Source: Craspedostauros australis (taxonomy: Eukaryota). From it: a stretch of 64,000 nt of DNA. Below the pieces are notes generated by a model. That model was not told where the DNA came from, made no database searches, and saw nothing but the letters and a program-made list of their open reading frames with translations. The position numbers and the translations under genes were made by a program. The stretch covers positions 1 through 64,000 of the forward strand of contig JALAGF010006090.1 of assembly GCA_030167865.1 (NCBI GenBank), written 5' to 3'. Position 1 is the first letter of the stretch. Every line of letters starts with the position of its first letter. Of this stretch, positions 48,919 through 60,714 are shown piece after piece.

Positions 48919-50110
48919 TGTTCTGCTTCAGTTCGTGTCGGTGCGTAGTGGTAGTGTGTGCGAAGCGACAAAATCAAGCCGCCTTGGGTTTTATGGTCGC
49001 TGGTATCCGTGCGGTGCTGTTGGTGTCCTTGTTCTTGATGAAGAGAGGTGGAGCGAGTGCAGATGATGTCCGAATCGCGTGGCACGATGGACCTTGCTTG
49101 GTTTCTTGATTGTTGTTGTGCCTTGCTCTTGTGCTTGCTGTTGTCGTGAGCGAGAGCGTTGCAGAACAATGGAGAGCAAGCAACGGGACGTGGAAGTGGA
49201 GGTGAAAGTCAAAATGAGGAGAATGCGATCCGAGTTGTCGTGCTGCCGTGCTGCCGTGCTGATGTCTTGTCGCCCCTTGCTGCCTCAGTGCTTTGTGACG
49301 ATGGTGGGAAGTGCTTTGTGCTTAGTGCTTTTGTTGTGTTTGTTGTGCCTGTGTTTGCACACGGAAGAGACTCCCTTCCGCAACACAAACACAAACACGA
49401 GCACAAACGAAACGAAACGAAACCAAACAGAACAGAGACGCGCGGCCACCAACCCAGTCTGTTTCACATCACGGGCGCAGCTTCAACTACAATGTCAACA
49501 CACAAGCTAACAGACAGTCGCGCAGAAAACACACACGCCCACAACAGTTCTGATGCTCATCTGTCTGCTCAGCGCCCGCAAACACCAAAAAGAAGCGCAC
49601 AGAAACAACCTGTCGACGAGCCCTCCTGGACCCATACAAAAGCAACAAGAGCCCCGCGAGACAGAGCTTCTCCCCGAGAGCAATTAGCACCATTCGTGTC
49701 ACTGCATGTCACTGCGCTTCATGCACGAAGACCTTGTTGCTGAAGTGGGTTCCCGTTCTCGCTTCAATTTGTGACTCCAGTTGGTTCTCTTTCGGGTGTG
49801 ACATGTTCGTTTCGGAGTTGGGTTGCGAGTGGCAATCACGGACATAGTGGTTGAGTCAAGCGAACATTGTCACAACAACCACAAATTTCCACGATCGTGT
49901 TTGTGACGTCATATGGACACGGACGACGGACGTACTGAACATGTGACGGTCATATGTGAAAGAGAAGCGTGTCCTTTCTCTCGATACCGTTTTGATTCTG
50001 AATTTGAGGCCTTGTTTCGTCGCAAATTCTCTGTTGGATCAGCCAAGACCAATCATCTTCATCGTCCACCACCATCACTATCCGGACATGGGACAACACA
50101 ACACTTGATC

Positions 50111-51001
50111 ATGACGGGCCATTCGGAACAGAACCAGAAGGAATACTTCGATGTGACAGCGTCCGCGGCTGCCCATGGATTGACGCTGGGCACCTGCTTG
50201 AAGGAGGCTCTGGACGAATTGCGATCATCGGCTGTTTACGGCGTCAATAAAATCGAAGCGACGGTTCGAGCTGATGCCACCGATGCTCGTGAGGACGTCC
50301 GCGACTCCAGGGGCAGCAATACAAACGGCAACAGCGACGATAACGACGACGATAACAACGCCAATAACGCAAATGATGACGAAAACGACAATGCCAATGG
50401 TGGTCCGCAAGACAATCCCGACGACATTCCCGAAGACAGTCCCCACGATGAGCAAAACCGGAAACGAAAAGCTGCAGATCAGCCACAGGCGCCAGATCAG
50501 CTGCAGGAGCAGCAGGAGCAAGAGGAGCCGGATCAGGAAGAGCAGCATCCATCGCAACCCCGACGAATCATCATGGACAAGGACGCCCAACGACGCATCG
50601 TGATGTCATTTGGGCACGCCGTTGCCGAGAGCTCTGCAATCTTTGCCAAAAGGCATGCAATGCGCGGCAGCCACGACAGCAACAGCAACAGCAACGATGA
50701 TGATGATGACGATGGGAGCGGCGAAGAAGGAGATGCCTACCAAATCTCCCCGCCATCTGCGATGCTTTACGCCCGCCTGGATCACTTCAACCGCGTGGGT
50801 TCCGACTGGAGGGTTGTGGTGGACAGCGTGAGAATTGGCCCACCGAAACGCCCCAAGCGATGGCCGAGCGGCGCCAAGATGCGCATGCCAACAATCGAGC
50901 CAAAGCCCATCGCCATCAGCCAGAACGAGCGCGATAAGATGCAAATCCTCGCCTTCAACGACGAAGAGTGGAGGCGAAAGAGTGGGCGGAAGGGTGGATG
51001 A
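50111..51001 (+). CDS. Divergent TFIIA gamma (small) subunit-like protein with long acidic insertions
   Basis: Four blocks match TFIIA-gamma/Toa2 in order: TLGTCLKEALDEL, RIVMSFGHAVAES, LYARLDHFNRVGSDWRVVVDSV and DKMQILAFND. Confidence 0.65.
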   Translation: MTGHSEQNQKEYFDVTASAAAHGLTLGTCLKEALDELRSSAVYGVNKIEATVRADATDAREDVRDSRGSNTNGNSDDNDDDNNANNANDDENDNANGGPQDNPDDIPEDSPHDEQNRKRKAADQPQAPDQLQEQQEQEEPDQEEQHPSQPRRIIMDKDAQRRIVMSFGHAVAESSAIFAKRHAMRGSHDSNSNSNDDDDDDGSGEEGDAYQISPPSAMLYARLDHFNRVGSDWRVVVDSVRIGPPKRPKRWPSGAKMRMPTIEPKPIAISQNERDKMQILAFNDEEWRRKSGRKGG

Positions 51002-51262
51002 GCTACATCCGACCGGCACTTGATGAAAATGCCAAGGCACTGCGCCAGATCATGGCAGTTCTCATCAACTGCGGAACCGCAAGACAGCAGTCCATTATTC
51101 AAATGAGGAATGGAGGAATCTATTCTAACCAATGGAGTATGATCTCTACGTTCGCAACCGCTTAACTACGCAACCGGAGATCGCTAATGTCTGATCTCCC
51201 GGCTTCCTCGCTCTGTTCCTTTCATCCTTCTGCTCTTGCTCCCTGAATCTTCCCAGCTTGCT

Positions 51263-54200
51263 TCATGTGAACATCGCCTTCATGTCGGCCACCGTCAGCA
51301 TCTTCAAGGATGCAGCATCTCGGCCGACCGTACCGTCAAACACGAGGCGCTTCTTCTCTTGGAGTTGCAGCACGCGTTCTTCCACGGTGCCTTCCGCGAT
51401 GAACCGCACGGCGCGGATGGGCCGGAACTGTCCCAAGCGGTGGGTGCGGTCGATGGCCTGCGCTTCGGCCGCGGGATTCCACCACGGATCCAGGAGGTAG
51501 GCTTCGTTCGCCACTGTGAGGTTCAGCGCAACGCCGCCGGCCTTCAATGACATGAGGAGCACACGCACGGAGGGATCGCCCTTGAAGGCCTTCAGCGCTT
51601 GGTCTCGCGACTGAACGTTCATCCCGCCATGAATGATGCGGACGCCGATGCCCAGATCGTGCAGGCAAGGGTCGGAATGGAGCCGCCAACGCACGAGATC
51701 CAGCATGTTCACGAATTGGGAGAACACCAGCGCCTTGCTGCCCGGACGCTCGCGACGCATGCGGACGAGTTCCTGCACGAGCGCTTCCAGCTTGGTGCTT
51801 GTTGAAAATTCGGCCAGGTTGATGCGACGGAGGATGGACCCGCTGGAAACGTGCGTCATCTGGCGCAACGATGGCATATTCTCTGTGGGTTTCCCGACAG
51901 CGGCAGCGCTCGGACCGTCCTTGTCATCATCATCACCTGGGACTTCCAGCGTGCCGTCGTCGACCAGGTCCGACGAAGCCTGATTCAGATCGATGGAGAA
52001 GGGGGCGCTGCAGCTCGGGCAGGCCGTGCCATCCCTGTTGGTGCCGTCGAGCACTGGCGTCATGAAGTCGATGACGCAGCTCCGGCAAAAGGCAGCGCCG
52101 CAACAGGAGCTGACGACGCGATCCGTCGGCGGTTCGTTGCAAATGTCGCAATCGACGGTGCCGTTCGCGATCGGTCTTGCGTTGAGCTGCTGCTCGGCCG
52201 CTTTGGCCATGTTCCTCTTGGAGTAAACGATAAGGTACGGGTGATTCACGGCTTGGCGCATGCGGCTGAGCAAGTCGAAGATGTGGGAGTAGTTGTTCAG
52301 CAAGGTGCCCTCCGCAACGAAGTCGTTGAAGGAACTCTTCGTTTGGTTGTAAAGTGCGTTGTAAAAGTCCTCCTCGATGGGATGCAGGCGGATTGTGCGG
52401 ATAGTCACGAGCCGGGGCGGTAGATTCATGTCAGCTGCGCGCGTTTGCTTTGTGCGTCGAAGCAGGCACCTGTCCAACACCTCCTCCTTGAGCATCATCA
52501 TTGCACGCCGTCCGTCGCGTTGGTAACCATCGCGTTGGATGGGATTGAGGATGTGCTTGTTGAAGTGGGAATAGTGCTGCACCGAGGCGTGCCCACAGTC
52601 CTGGCACTTTTGGTGCAGCATACGATAATGCAGACTCTTGCAGTCGCAGCCCTGTGCGAGTGTGTCGATGGATACAACCACCACACACCAACAAGCCAAT
52701 GAACCAACAAGCCATCACGCACATAGAGTGTAATAGAGCAAGAAGAAGAAGACGTGTCAGTATCAGCAGCACGGCAAATGATAGAGCAGCGTGAGCATTG
52801 AAGGGCCTCCAATCCAGCCTACGTTGATGTCGTTTCAGGTGCACCCGCACTGATACTTTCAATCCACCACAGTCACCACCACATCAACCCACATCAACCC
52901 ACATCAAACCGCATCAAACCGCATCACGTCGCAACGCATCATACAACGTCACGCGCTAGGAATGCTCCCTGACTTACCTCCTTGCGGCAGAAGTAATGTG
53001 CCATCGGGTCGATGCGCAGGAATCGAATCAAGGAGTACAGTTCTCCGACACGGTTCTGCAACGGCGTTCCCGACAGACACCACCGGTTGACGGAAGTGAG
53101 TGAGAATGCTGCGGCAGCTGTCTGGCTTGATCGGGACTTGATCATGTGCGCCTCGTCGAGGACCACTCTCCACCAGCACATAGTGTGGAGGTGACTGGCA
53201 CGAGAACCCGCCATCGCCTCTGCCATCAGCTTGTCCAGGTCAATACCCTCCATCGGGTCAGCCTTGCGTCCATTGTTGCGATCATCGTCAGAACTCTCAG
53301 AGTCGCTGTCATCCGATGAATAGTCACCATCATTCGGTTTTCCCTTGTTCTTCCCCTTCGCTTTGCCTCTTCCTTTCCCCTTTGCCTTGGCACCCTTTCC
53401 TTTCTTCTTCTTCTTCTCCTCCTCCATCTTCTTGGCAGCCTTGTCTTTTGCTCCCTTGCTGGGCTTTTTGTCCTTCTCTTGCTTGGCTCGTCGCAAGGCC
53501 AGCTTTTGCTTCTGGCGAACCCGTTCCAACGCAGAGTCATCCGAATCCGAGCCCGAACCTGATCCGCTGTCCGCCGATGAATCATCATCGTCATCGTCAG
53601 AGGTTGTTCGTTTGCGTTTGCCAGTTTTGTTCCCCGCGGTTTTGCGCGATGCTGCTTTCGATTTTGCCTTGCCATTGCCGTTGTCATTCGCCTTGCCCCT
53701 TTTCTTCTTTGGCACGTCGATACTGCCATTGTCGCTGTCATCCTCTTCGGTCTCAAGGTTGGTCACGACACTGCCGTCGTCATCGTCACCACTGCCGCTA
53801 ACACTCTCCTTTCCATCCTCATCGTAAATGTCCTCGACTTCTTCCTCGTTTCCCTTCTGCCTCGTCATCGAACTGAGTCGTTTGTTGGCAGCTCTTGCTG
53901 CGGATCGTGACGGCCGCTTGTTCGTGGTTGCAAGATACTGGATCTCCTCATCGACGGAAAGGTCGCTGTCGCTTTCGTAGTTGCTGGAGCTCTTGACGTG
54001 GATGGTAGGCTTCTTGGCTGCGACCTTGGAGCTCTTCGATTTCGGTTTCGCTTTTGCTTTGGAGTTCCTGCCTCTTCTGGGTTCCGCTTTCACTGCCACC
54101 ACTTGCTCCTTCTTGACTTTAACCGTTTTGGTTGTTTTGGTGGGGAACTGCTTCTTCTTGGATGAGGCCTTCTTCCGGACTGATTTCTTCTTCGCGGTCT

Positions 54201-57200
54201 TTGCCATCTTGCCACCGTCGTCGCTGCTATCATCATCGTCACTGCTACCATCCTCCCTGTTGGCCGCTTCCTCGCGATCTCTGGTACGGCGTTGTCGTGC
54301 CTGGGCTTCTGTTCGCTGAGCGCCCTCTCCGCAAAAGTACTTCAAGTGCACGTGGAGCTTGTCGATCTGTGCAGATATCGTTCCGTTCATCATGTTGATC
54401 ATGTTGGCATATCAGATTATATCGGCGCAGAGGTCCGGTTAGCGATTGAACCATAGCATCCATGCGACGAATGTGCAACCAGTTGCACCCACACGCACAC
54501 CCGCGATCGCACACACACACACAAGAACTCACCTTATATGTACCACCGCAATTCGGGCATTTCACCTTGTTGGGAGACACCATCTTTCGGAAATCAGCCT
54601 CCAGCACTTGGTACGTCGTGAGTACGACATCGTACTTCACCAGCATCTCACGAGGCATGTCCTTGGCGCGGTTGGGACCGTGGTAAATGCCAACCGTCAA
54701 CGCCGTTCCGTTCGTAAACTTCTCGATCTCCGTCTTCCACTGATACAGCGCGATTACTGGGCATATCACCAACGTTCCCGCACGGCAAGCACTGCCGACC
54801 TTGCCTTTCGTTGCCTTGGGAAGGATTTTCTTGGGGATGTTGATCATGTTCATCTCATGATCCCAATCCTCTCTAGCCCGATTCCACAGCCCTTCCTCCA
54901 GTTTGCGCTGCTCCACGTCGGTCGCACCTGGCGGATGCTTGGCGCCTGGCTGAGCATGCTGGAGCTTGGGACGGTTGTCCAAGATGGTGGTGATGGTTTG
55001 CAGCGTTTTGCCCTGATCATACATGTGGATCGTTATCGTTGTCGTTATTGTGGTCGTCATTGTCAAATGGTCATTGTTGGATGATTGAAGCATCCGGACG
55101 AGGTGTTGTGAGTTGGTGGAATGAAACATCACACACTCCACACAGTAGCAGAGCAACAGCACACATCACTCTTGACATGGTCGCGAGAAAAGAAACAGAC
55201 AACCGACATAACCACAACCACAGCCACATCCGCATTGCGATTCTACACTCACCATGCCCATCTCGTCTGCAAGGATACCGCCCCGAACCTCAGTGCCGTT
55301 GACCTCCTGGCAGTACATCCATGATGCTCCCTCCACCTGGAACGGAAGCAACGACGCTGTGAGCCCCGCTGGCGCCGAGCGCGTCTCTCCGGTGAACCCA
55401 GCCTGCACAAGTTCGTCCGCGTGCAATTCCTGATTCTCTTGTTCGATCTCCAGCTTGGATTCTTCGATGCGGGCCTGCAGCTTGTCCTGATCCTCTTTTG
55501 ATAATTTCTTCCAGCCACCAATCTGCTGGACGTCGATGACGTCCTCGTTGAAAATGACGCAGGCCGGGTGGCGATACACCACGTATCCTGGCCGACCACG
55601 GAAAGGTGGACGATGCGATATGCGGATGCTGGCCTTGTCGATCTTGGAATCGCATCGACGGCACGTGGCGCGTGAGGTTGGGGCGTAATCCACCTTGTAC
55701 GGGACCTGGGTGTACGACACATAACTCTCCTCGTCCTCGTCTTCGTTGGCATTAACGATGATCAACTTGGGTTTCTTCCTTTTCGGTGCGGCAGCCTTCT
55801 TTGCTTTTGGTTTCGCTTTCGCCTTGCCTTCGCCCTTCTTGGTTTCTTCATCTTCGTCGGTATCGGATGTCGCCTTGGCAGCGGCTGGCTTCTTCGCAAG
55901 AGAAGCAAGTGGCGGATCTTCTGCTTCATTCGTACGACTACGAGTACGACTACGAGTAGCGTTTGCATCCCTATCACTTGCATCCTCTTTGTCCTCGTCC
56001 TCTTCCGACTCGTCGCTCCCTTTCTTTTTCTTCTTTGCGCTGGCGCGGGCAGCCGCTGCGCGTCTTCCCCTTCTGCTTCCTGCGGTGTCTTCCTTCTTCA
56101 CCTTCGTGCCTGCCTTTGACTTGGGCTTCGCCTTGGGTTTGGTCGCAGCAGACACTACCTCATCGACTTCGTCCACCTCGTTGCCATCGTCATCGTCGTC
56201 ATCCTTCTTAACTTCTTTCTTCACCTTGGCAGCTGATTTCTTTGCAGTCTGCTTGCGCTTCGCGGCTGGTGTGCTGAGCTTCTTACCCTGTCTAGCGACA
56301 GCCGCCTTCTTGATTGCCTTGCCTGGCGGTTGTTCTGTAGCATCATCCGCCACCATGGCGGAGCCCGTTGGTTCTGGTTGCTTGCTTGCTGCTCTTGCGG
56401 ACCTCTTGGCTGCCGCAGCCCGGTCGATGGCTTGAATGCGCGAGCTGGATCGTGTCTTGCGGCGGCTCCCCTCCACCACGACCAAGACTTCGATGTCACT
56501 GTCTGCCTCGACATCCGCGCCGCCATCCTCTGCGTCCATCTCCTTCGGTTCCTTGTCTTCGTCTTCCTCTTCATTGCCGCCACCGTCAGCGGCAGCTTCT
56601 GCGGCAGTTGCTGCAGTGTCGGCGGTGGGATCCTGTGGTGTCTCGTCAGCCACCTCGACGACTTCTTCAGGGCCAGGTAGCTTGTAGATGGTCTTGGTGC
56701 GTTGGAAGAGCTTGCCTTCCTTGACGCCGGTCTTGAGTGCTGACATGTACTGCGGCTGGCTCCATCCTGCTGCCTCCTCGCTCTCGCTCATCTGCGACCG
56801 GATGCATTTCTTGATCGCGTGGATGGAGGAACCATTGCGATCCTGCAGTTCCTTGATGGCCTCGATGATGGAAGGCAGGTAATCGAGAGCGGATTTGGAT
56901 GCCGTCTTTGGCGTTCTCTTGTTGGACTTGGGCTTGCGATGTTTTGATTTTGCGTCGGGCTTACTGGCTGTTTCATCGGCGCCAGCACCGTCGCTGTTGC
57001 CGACATCATCTGTATCCTCGATGAGCTCGATGTCGTCCATCTCATCCAACGGCGGAGATGGAGTGACGCGGGGGGAACGCTTGGGTGCTTTCGCCTTTGC
57101 TTTTGCAGTCGATGATGTTGAAGGCGCCTTCTGTTTCTTGGCGTCCGCAGATGCGTCCTCCGTCTTCTTCTCGTTGCCGTTGGCATCCGCGATGATTGCT

Positions 57201-57589
57201 GCGTCGTCCTCGTCATCCTGAGAGTCCTTCTCCTCCACAAACGGCTTCACGGCACTCGGTGCAAATGCGCGCGTGACAACGATCTCGCTGTCATCGTCAT
57301 CATCGTCGTCGTCGTCATCACCAACATTCGATTTGGCTTTGCCACGTTTGCCGCCTCCACCAGCCTGCTCCAACCGCACGAGGATACCGTCATTGAATCG
57401 CTTGCGTCCCACGGCGTAGGTCGCATCGAAGCCGACCACGTAACCCAGTTCGCTCCTCGCACCCTCGCTTCCGGGTGCCGCCGTTGCGCAAGATCGGCGT
57501 GGTCTGCCAGAGCGCATCAACGATGGCGCAGGATGGTTTGGATGCACCAAAACCTTTTGGTTGATCTCGAACAGCGTTTGTGTTGCCAT
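51263..57589 (-). CDS. RAD16: RAD16-like SNF2 ATPase/RING protein with N-terminal linker-histone (H15) domain and PARP-type zinc finger; exons 57589-55253, 55012-54533, 54366-52978, 52651-51263
   Basis: [68 protein letters not shown], an internal [23 protein letters not shown] and [21 protein letters not shown]. Three phase-0 GT..AG introns. Confidence 0.92.
52878..52927. repeat. Degenerate 10-bp tandem repeat (CCRCATCAAM) in RAD16 intron 3
   Basis: Read directly from the sequence. Confidence 0.8.
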
Positions 57590-58369
57590 CGCGATGGAGG
57601 GAAACTTGGTCGTTGTCGTTCCGTTGCTGTTGCTCTTGTTGCTGGTTGTTGTCACTTGGTTCGAATGGTGGTTGTTGCTGTTGCTTGTTCTGGATGATGA
57701 TTGTTGTTGCCGTTTGCTTGTTCTGAATGATGATTGCTGCTGTTGCTCTGCCAAGGCAATCCTTTCATCACCATTGCTGTTGATGTTCGTCTCTTCCCTC
57801 CGCACTCGCGATGTGTTTGGCGGGTTGGTCGCCGTGTTGATCGCAGTGCCTCGCAGCCAACCAGCTCAGGATGGACAGAACTTCACTCCGACTTCGGATT
57901 CGAGTGGAATTTGTACCACAGGGCACGTTTGATGTCCACAGGAACATCTTCGGCGTCCCCAAGCCCCTGATGCTGTCAGAGAGATGCAGAAGGGAGTCGA
58001 GACCTATTATACTTGGACAGCGTATCCGTTGTTGCTGGTGGTGGTGTTGCCGTCTCATCAAGCGACGCCTCAGCATACTGTCCTCTCTCTGGAGAGATGA
58101 AAAGTATGGACAGGAGTGTAGCAGTTCCAAGTTGGAGCGGAGGACAGAACAACTGCTTTGTGTGGCTCGTAGTAGTTAGTCTACGAGTATAGTATAATAT
58201 GTATTATATGACACAGTTATATTCCATGCTCAACTCCAAGTAGTACAACATCCAAACGTGGGCGGACAACATACCCAACGCATCCCATGCGCATACGTCC
58301 TCCAGTACCCTGACCATCCATTTCAGGCCAGCGCACTTCCATCATGCAATTTTCCGCCTCCATCTCTGC

Positions 58370-59098
58370 TCACGCTGACACAGGTTTGGCGCATTTGCGT
58401 CCTTCCCGAATGCCGGTCTCAGGACACTCCATCTCCTTCCAGCTCACGGGGATCATGGGCTGCTGAGACGTTGCCGAGACGGCATGAATGACACCCAACT
58501 GCGGTTCGGAAGTCGACAGGAAGTACCGTCGCATATCGCCCATGGCCACGACGCGCGCGAGCACAACATCGTTGGGCTGGAAGCACTGATCCATGGTGAA
58601 GACGGCGTCCTTGTCACTCGATGAGGAGGCATCATTCGAGGACGACGCTGTATTGGTGGTGCGAACATCTTCCATGCGAATGCAAGCGTCATGGCCGTTG
58701 CCATGCAAGACGCCTGCCGCTTCGGCCACGGGGATGTGCACGAAGGCCAGATGATTGGCGATCCGTATCACGCGCCCCAGCACCAGCTGTCCGACGCTGA
58801 GCACCTGCGAGGTTGCGTTCGGCTGCGTCGCTTTGTGGATGCAGCATTGGAATTTGGGCATGTCGTCTGTGTTCATTGTTGTGTCTTGCGTTGATGATGA
58901 TGACGATAATGATGACGATGTTGGTGGTGGCAGCTCCACCGGCTTGACCTTGAGAGATCCGGTGAGGGATGCGTAGATGTGTCCCCCTCGGTTGTACGTT
59001 CCGACGCCCGGAAGGACCTGGCGGATCGTCCCGATGCGGTCGCCGGGCACGACGCTGGCACCTATCTCGTACCGCAGAGTCGGAAGGGTGTCGGTCAT
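58370..59098 (-). CDS. CSL4: Exosome complex component CSL4/EXOSC1
   Basis: VVPGDRIG...PGVGTY...HIYASLTG; S1-like IRMEDVR...FQPNDVVLARV; YFLSTSEPQLGV; MIPVSWKEMECPETG..E.RKCAKP. Confidence 0.93.
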   Translation of the reverse strand: MTDTLPTLRYEIGASVVPGDRIGTIRQVLPGVGTYNRGGHIYASLTGSLKVKPVELPPPTSSSLSSSSSTQDTTMNTDDMPKFQCCIHKATQPNATSQVLSVGQLVLGRVIRIANHLAFVHIPVAEAAGVLHGNGHDACIRMEDVRTTNTASSSNDASSSSDKDAVFTMDQCFQPNDVVLARVVAMGDMRRYFLSTSEPQLGVIHAVSATSQQPMIPVSWKEMECPETGIREGRKCAKPVSA

Positions 59099-60714
59099 TT
59101 TTCTGAAGTTTGATGTGGCAGGTATGGACACAGAGAGCAGCAGCGTTTTCGTCTTCTGGGATAGATTCGTATTGGTCCGAGCAGCGTTGCTTTCCTGCAC
59201 TCGTCCGTCAACACTGGCGCAATACTCGGCGGCGGTAGTATGAACAGTGTTGCAAATAATAGTTCATAATACTTGGGTTGGACCATTGACGCCATGGCCA
59301 TGAACGCCCACAGGATCGTGGACACGATCATTCGCAATCATCGGTGGCATCAACCTTTGGCTCTTCGCTTCATTTCTTGTTCCACGTTTTCGCCACAAAT
59401 CGATTCTCCACATCTCGACGTTTGGTTGGTGATGTTGGAGTCCACAGAGTCGAAAGAAATGTGCGCGACATTGACGTCATAGTACTCAAACAGTTATTCT
59501 GACCGTTAACAAACCCTTGGTTGATTGGCAGCTGCTTGCTCTGATTTATGATGCGACATGGATGAGACACTTCTTTTTATGGCGAAGCGCATTCGTTTGT
59601 CCACGCAAAGGCATGATGATTCGTCTTGTCCATCGCCCCAAAGCCGGAACGGAACAACGAACGCTTCTGTCTGCGATGAATGGCGCGTAGACGCCCACGT
59701 ACACGCTAAAGCACTTTTCGTGCGCTTCAACAAGACGGACACATTCCGTGATCGTATCTCCCCGTACGATTCCTCGCTATGGCATTTGCGACAGTCAGTG
59801 TCGTGAACGGTGTCATCAGCCAAGAAGAGTCCATCGTGTCTTCCACCGCTGACAAAAGACCGAAAGGCGGACATCGAGCTGTCATCAACAAGCGGCGAGC
59901 ATCCACCCATCCATCCATCCATCGATCCATCGAATAGCTCGTCTTGCAGCGCTCCTCACATCAGGACGCTTCGATCCCTCTTGGTACTTCTCCGCACTGC
60001 TCTGTGCTGTGTGCTGTGTGCTCTGAAGAAGGTGAGGATCTCACCGCTCAAGGGCATCCATCCTCTAAATTGAGAGACCAAACGCAGGACTGAACTGGGT
60101 TGGATCGGATCGGATCGCATAACATTGCGTTGCTTCCAACCAGGCTGAACTGGATCGCAGGTGGAGCAAGAAGGGTGATTTCTAACACCAACGATCCGTT
60201 TCAATTGGGTCTTCGATACTCTGCTATTCTCTGTTCCTTTGAACGGTCTGCAGGAGGTGAAGAAGGACGGAGCCTCGGCAGCAACATTGCTTGCCCCACG
60301 TAGCAGGCGGCTGGAGATCTCTCTCTCTCTCTGGCGTCAATCGCGTGATCGTCGCGCGTTGGTGGGAACTTTGAATTGGGGATGAAAGAAGGTTGGACCA
60401 AAAGGGACAGCAGAGGACTGGAACGAGACAAGCGAAGAAGCTTGAGGTGAAGGATTGATCGGTCGCCAATCTCGAAGCGGCACCGATCTTTGAGTGCGAG
60501 GCAGGTCCAAACAGGAGCAAGAGCGTGTGTTACTCTATTCTGCCCCAGCTCGTGCAAGGACGAGCACGAGTAAGAGCACCTTCTTCCCTTGTCCAACCAA
60601 GCCAAGCTGGACGAGGCAGAGCCACTCTGATTCAAACACTGTCCGGCGGCACACATCCCGTCTCTTTTGACTCTGCGTCATTGTTCGGCTGCGACTTCCG
60701 ACACATCTTCCCAA

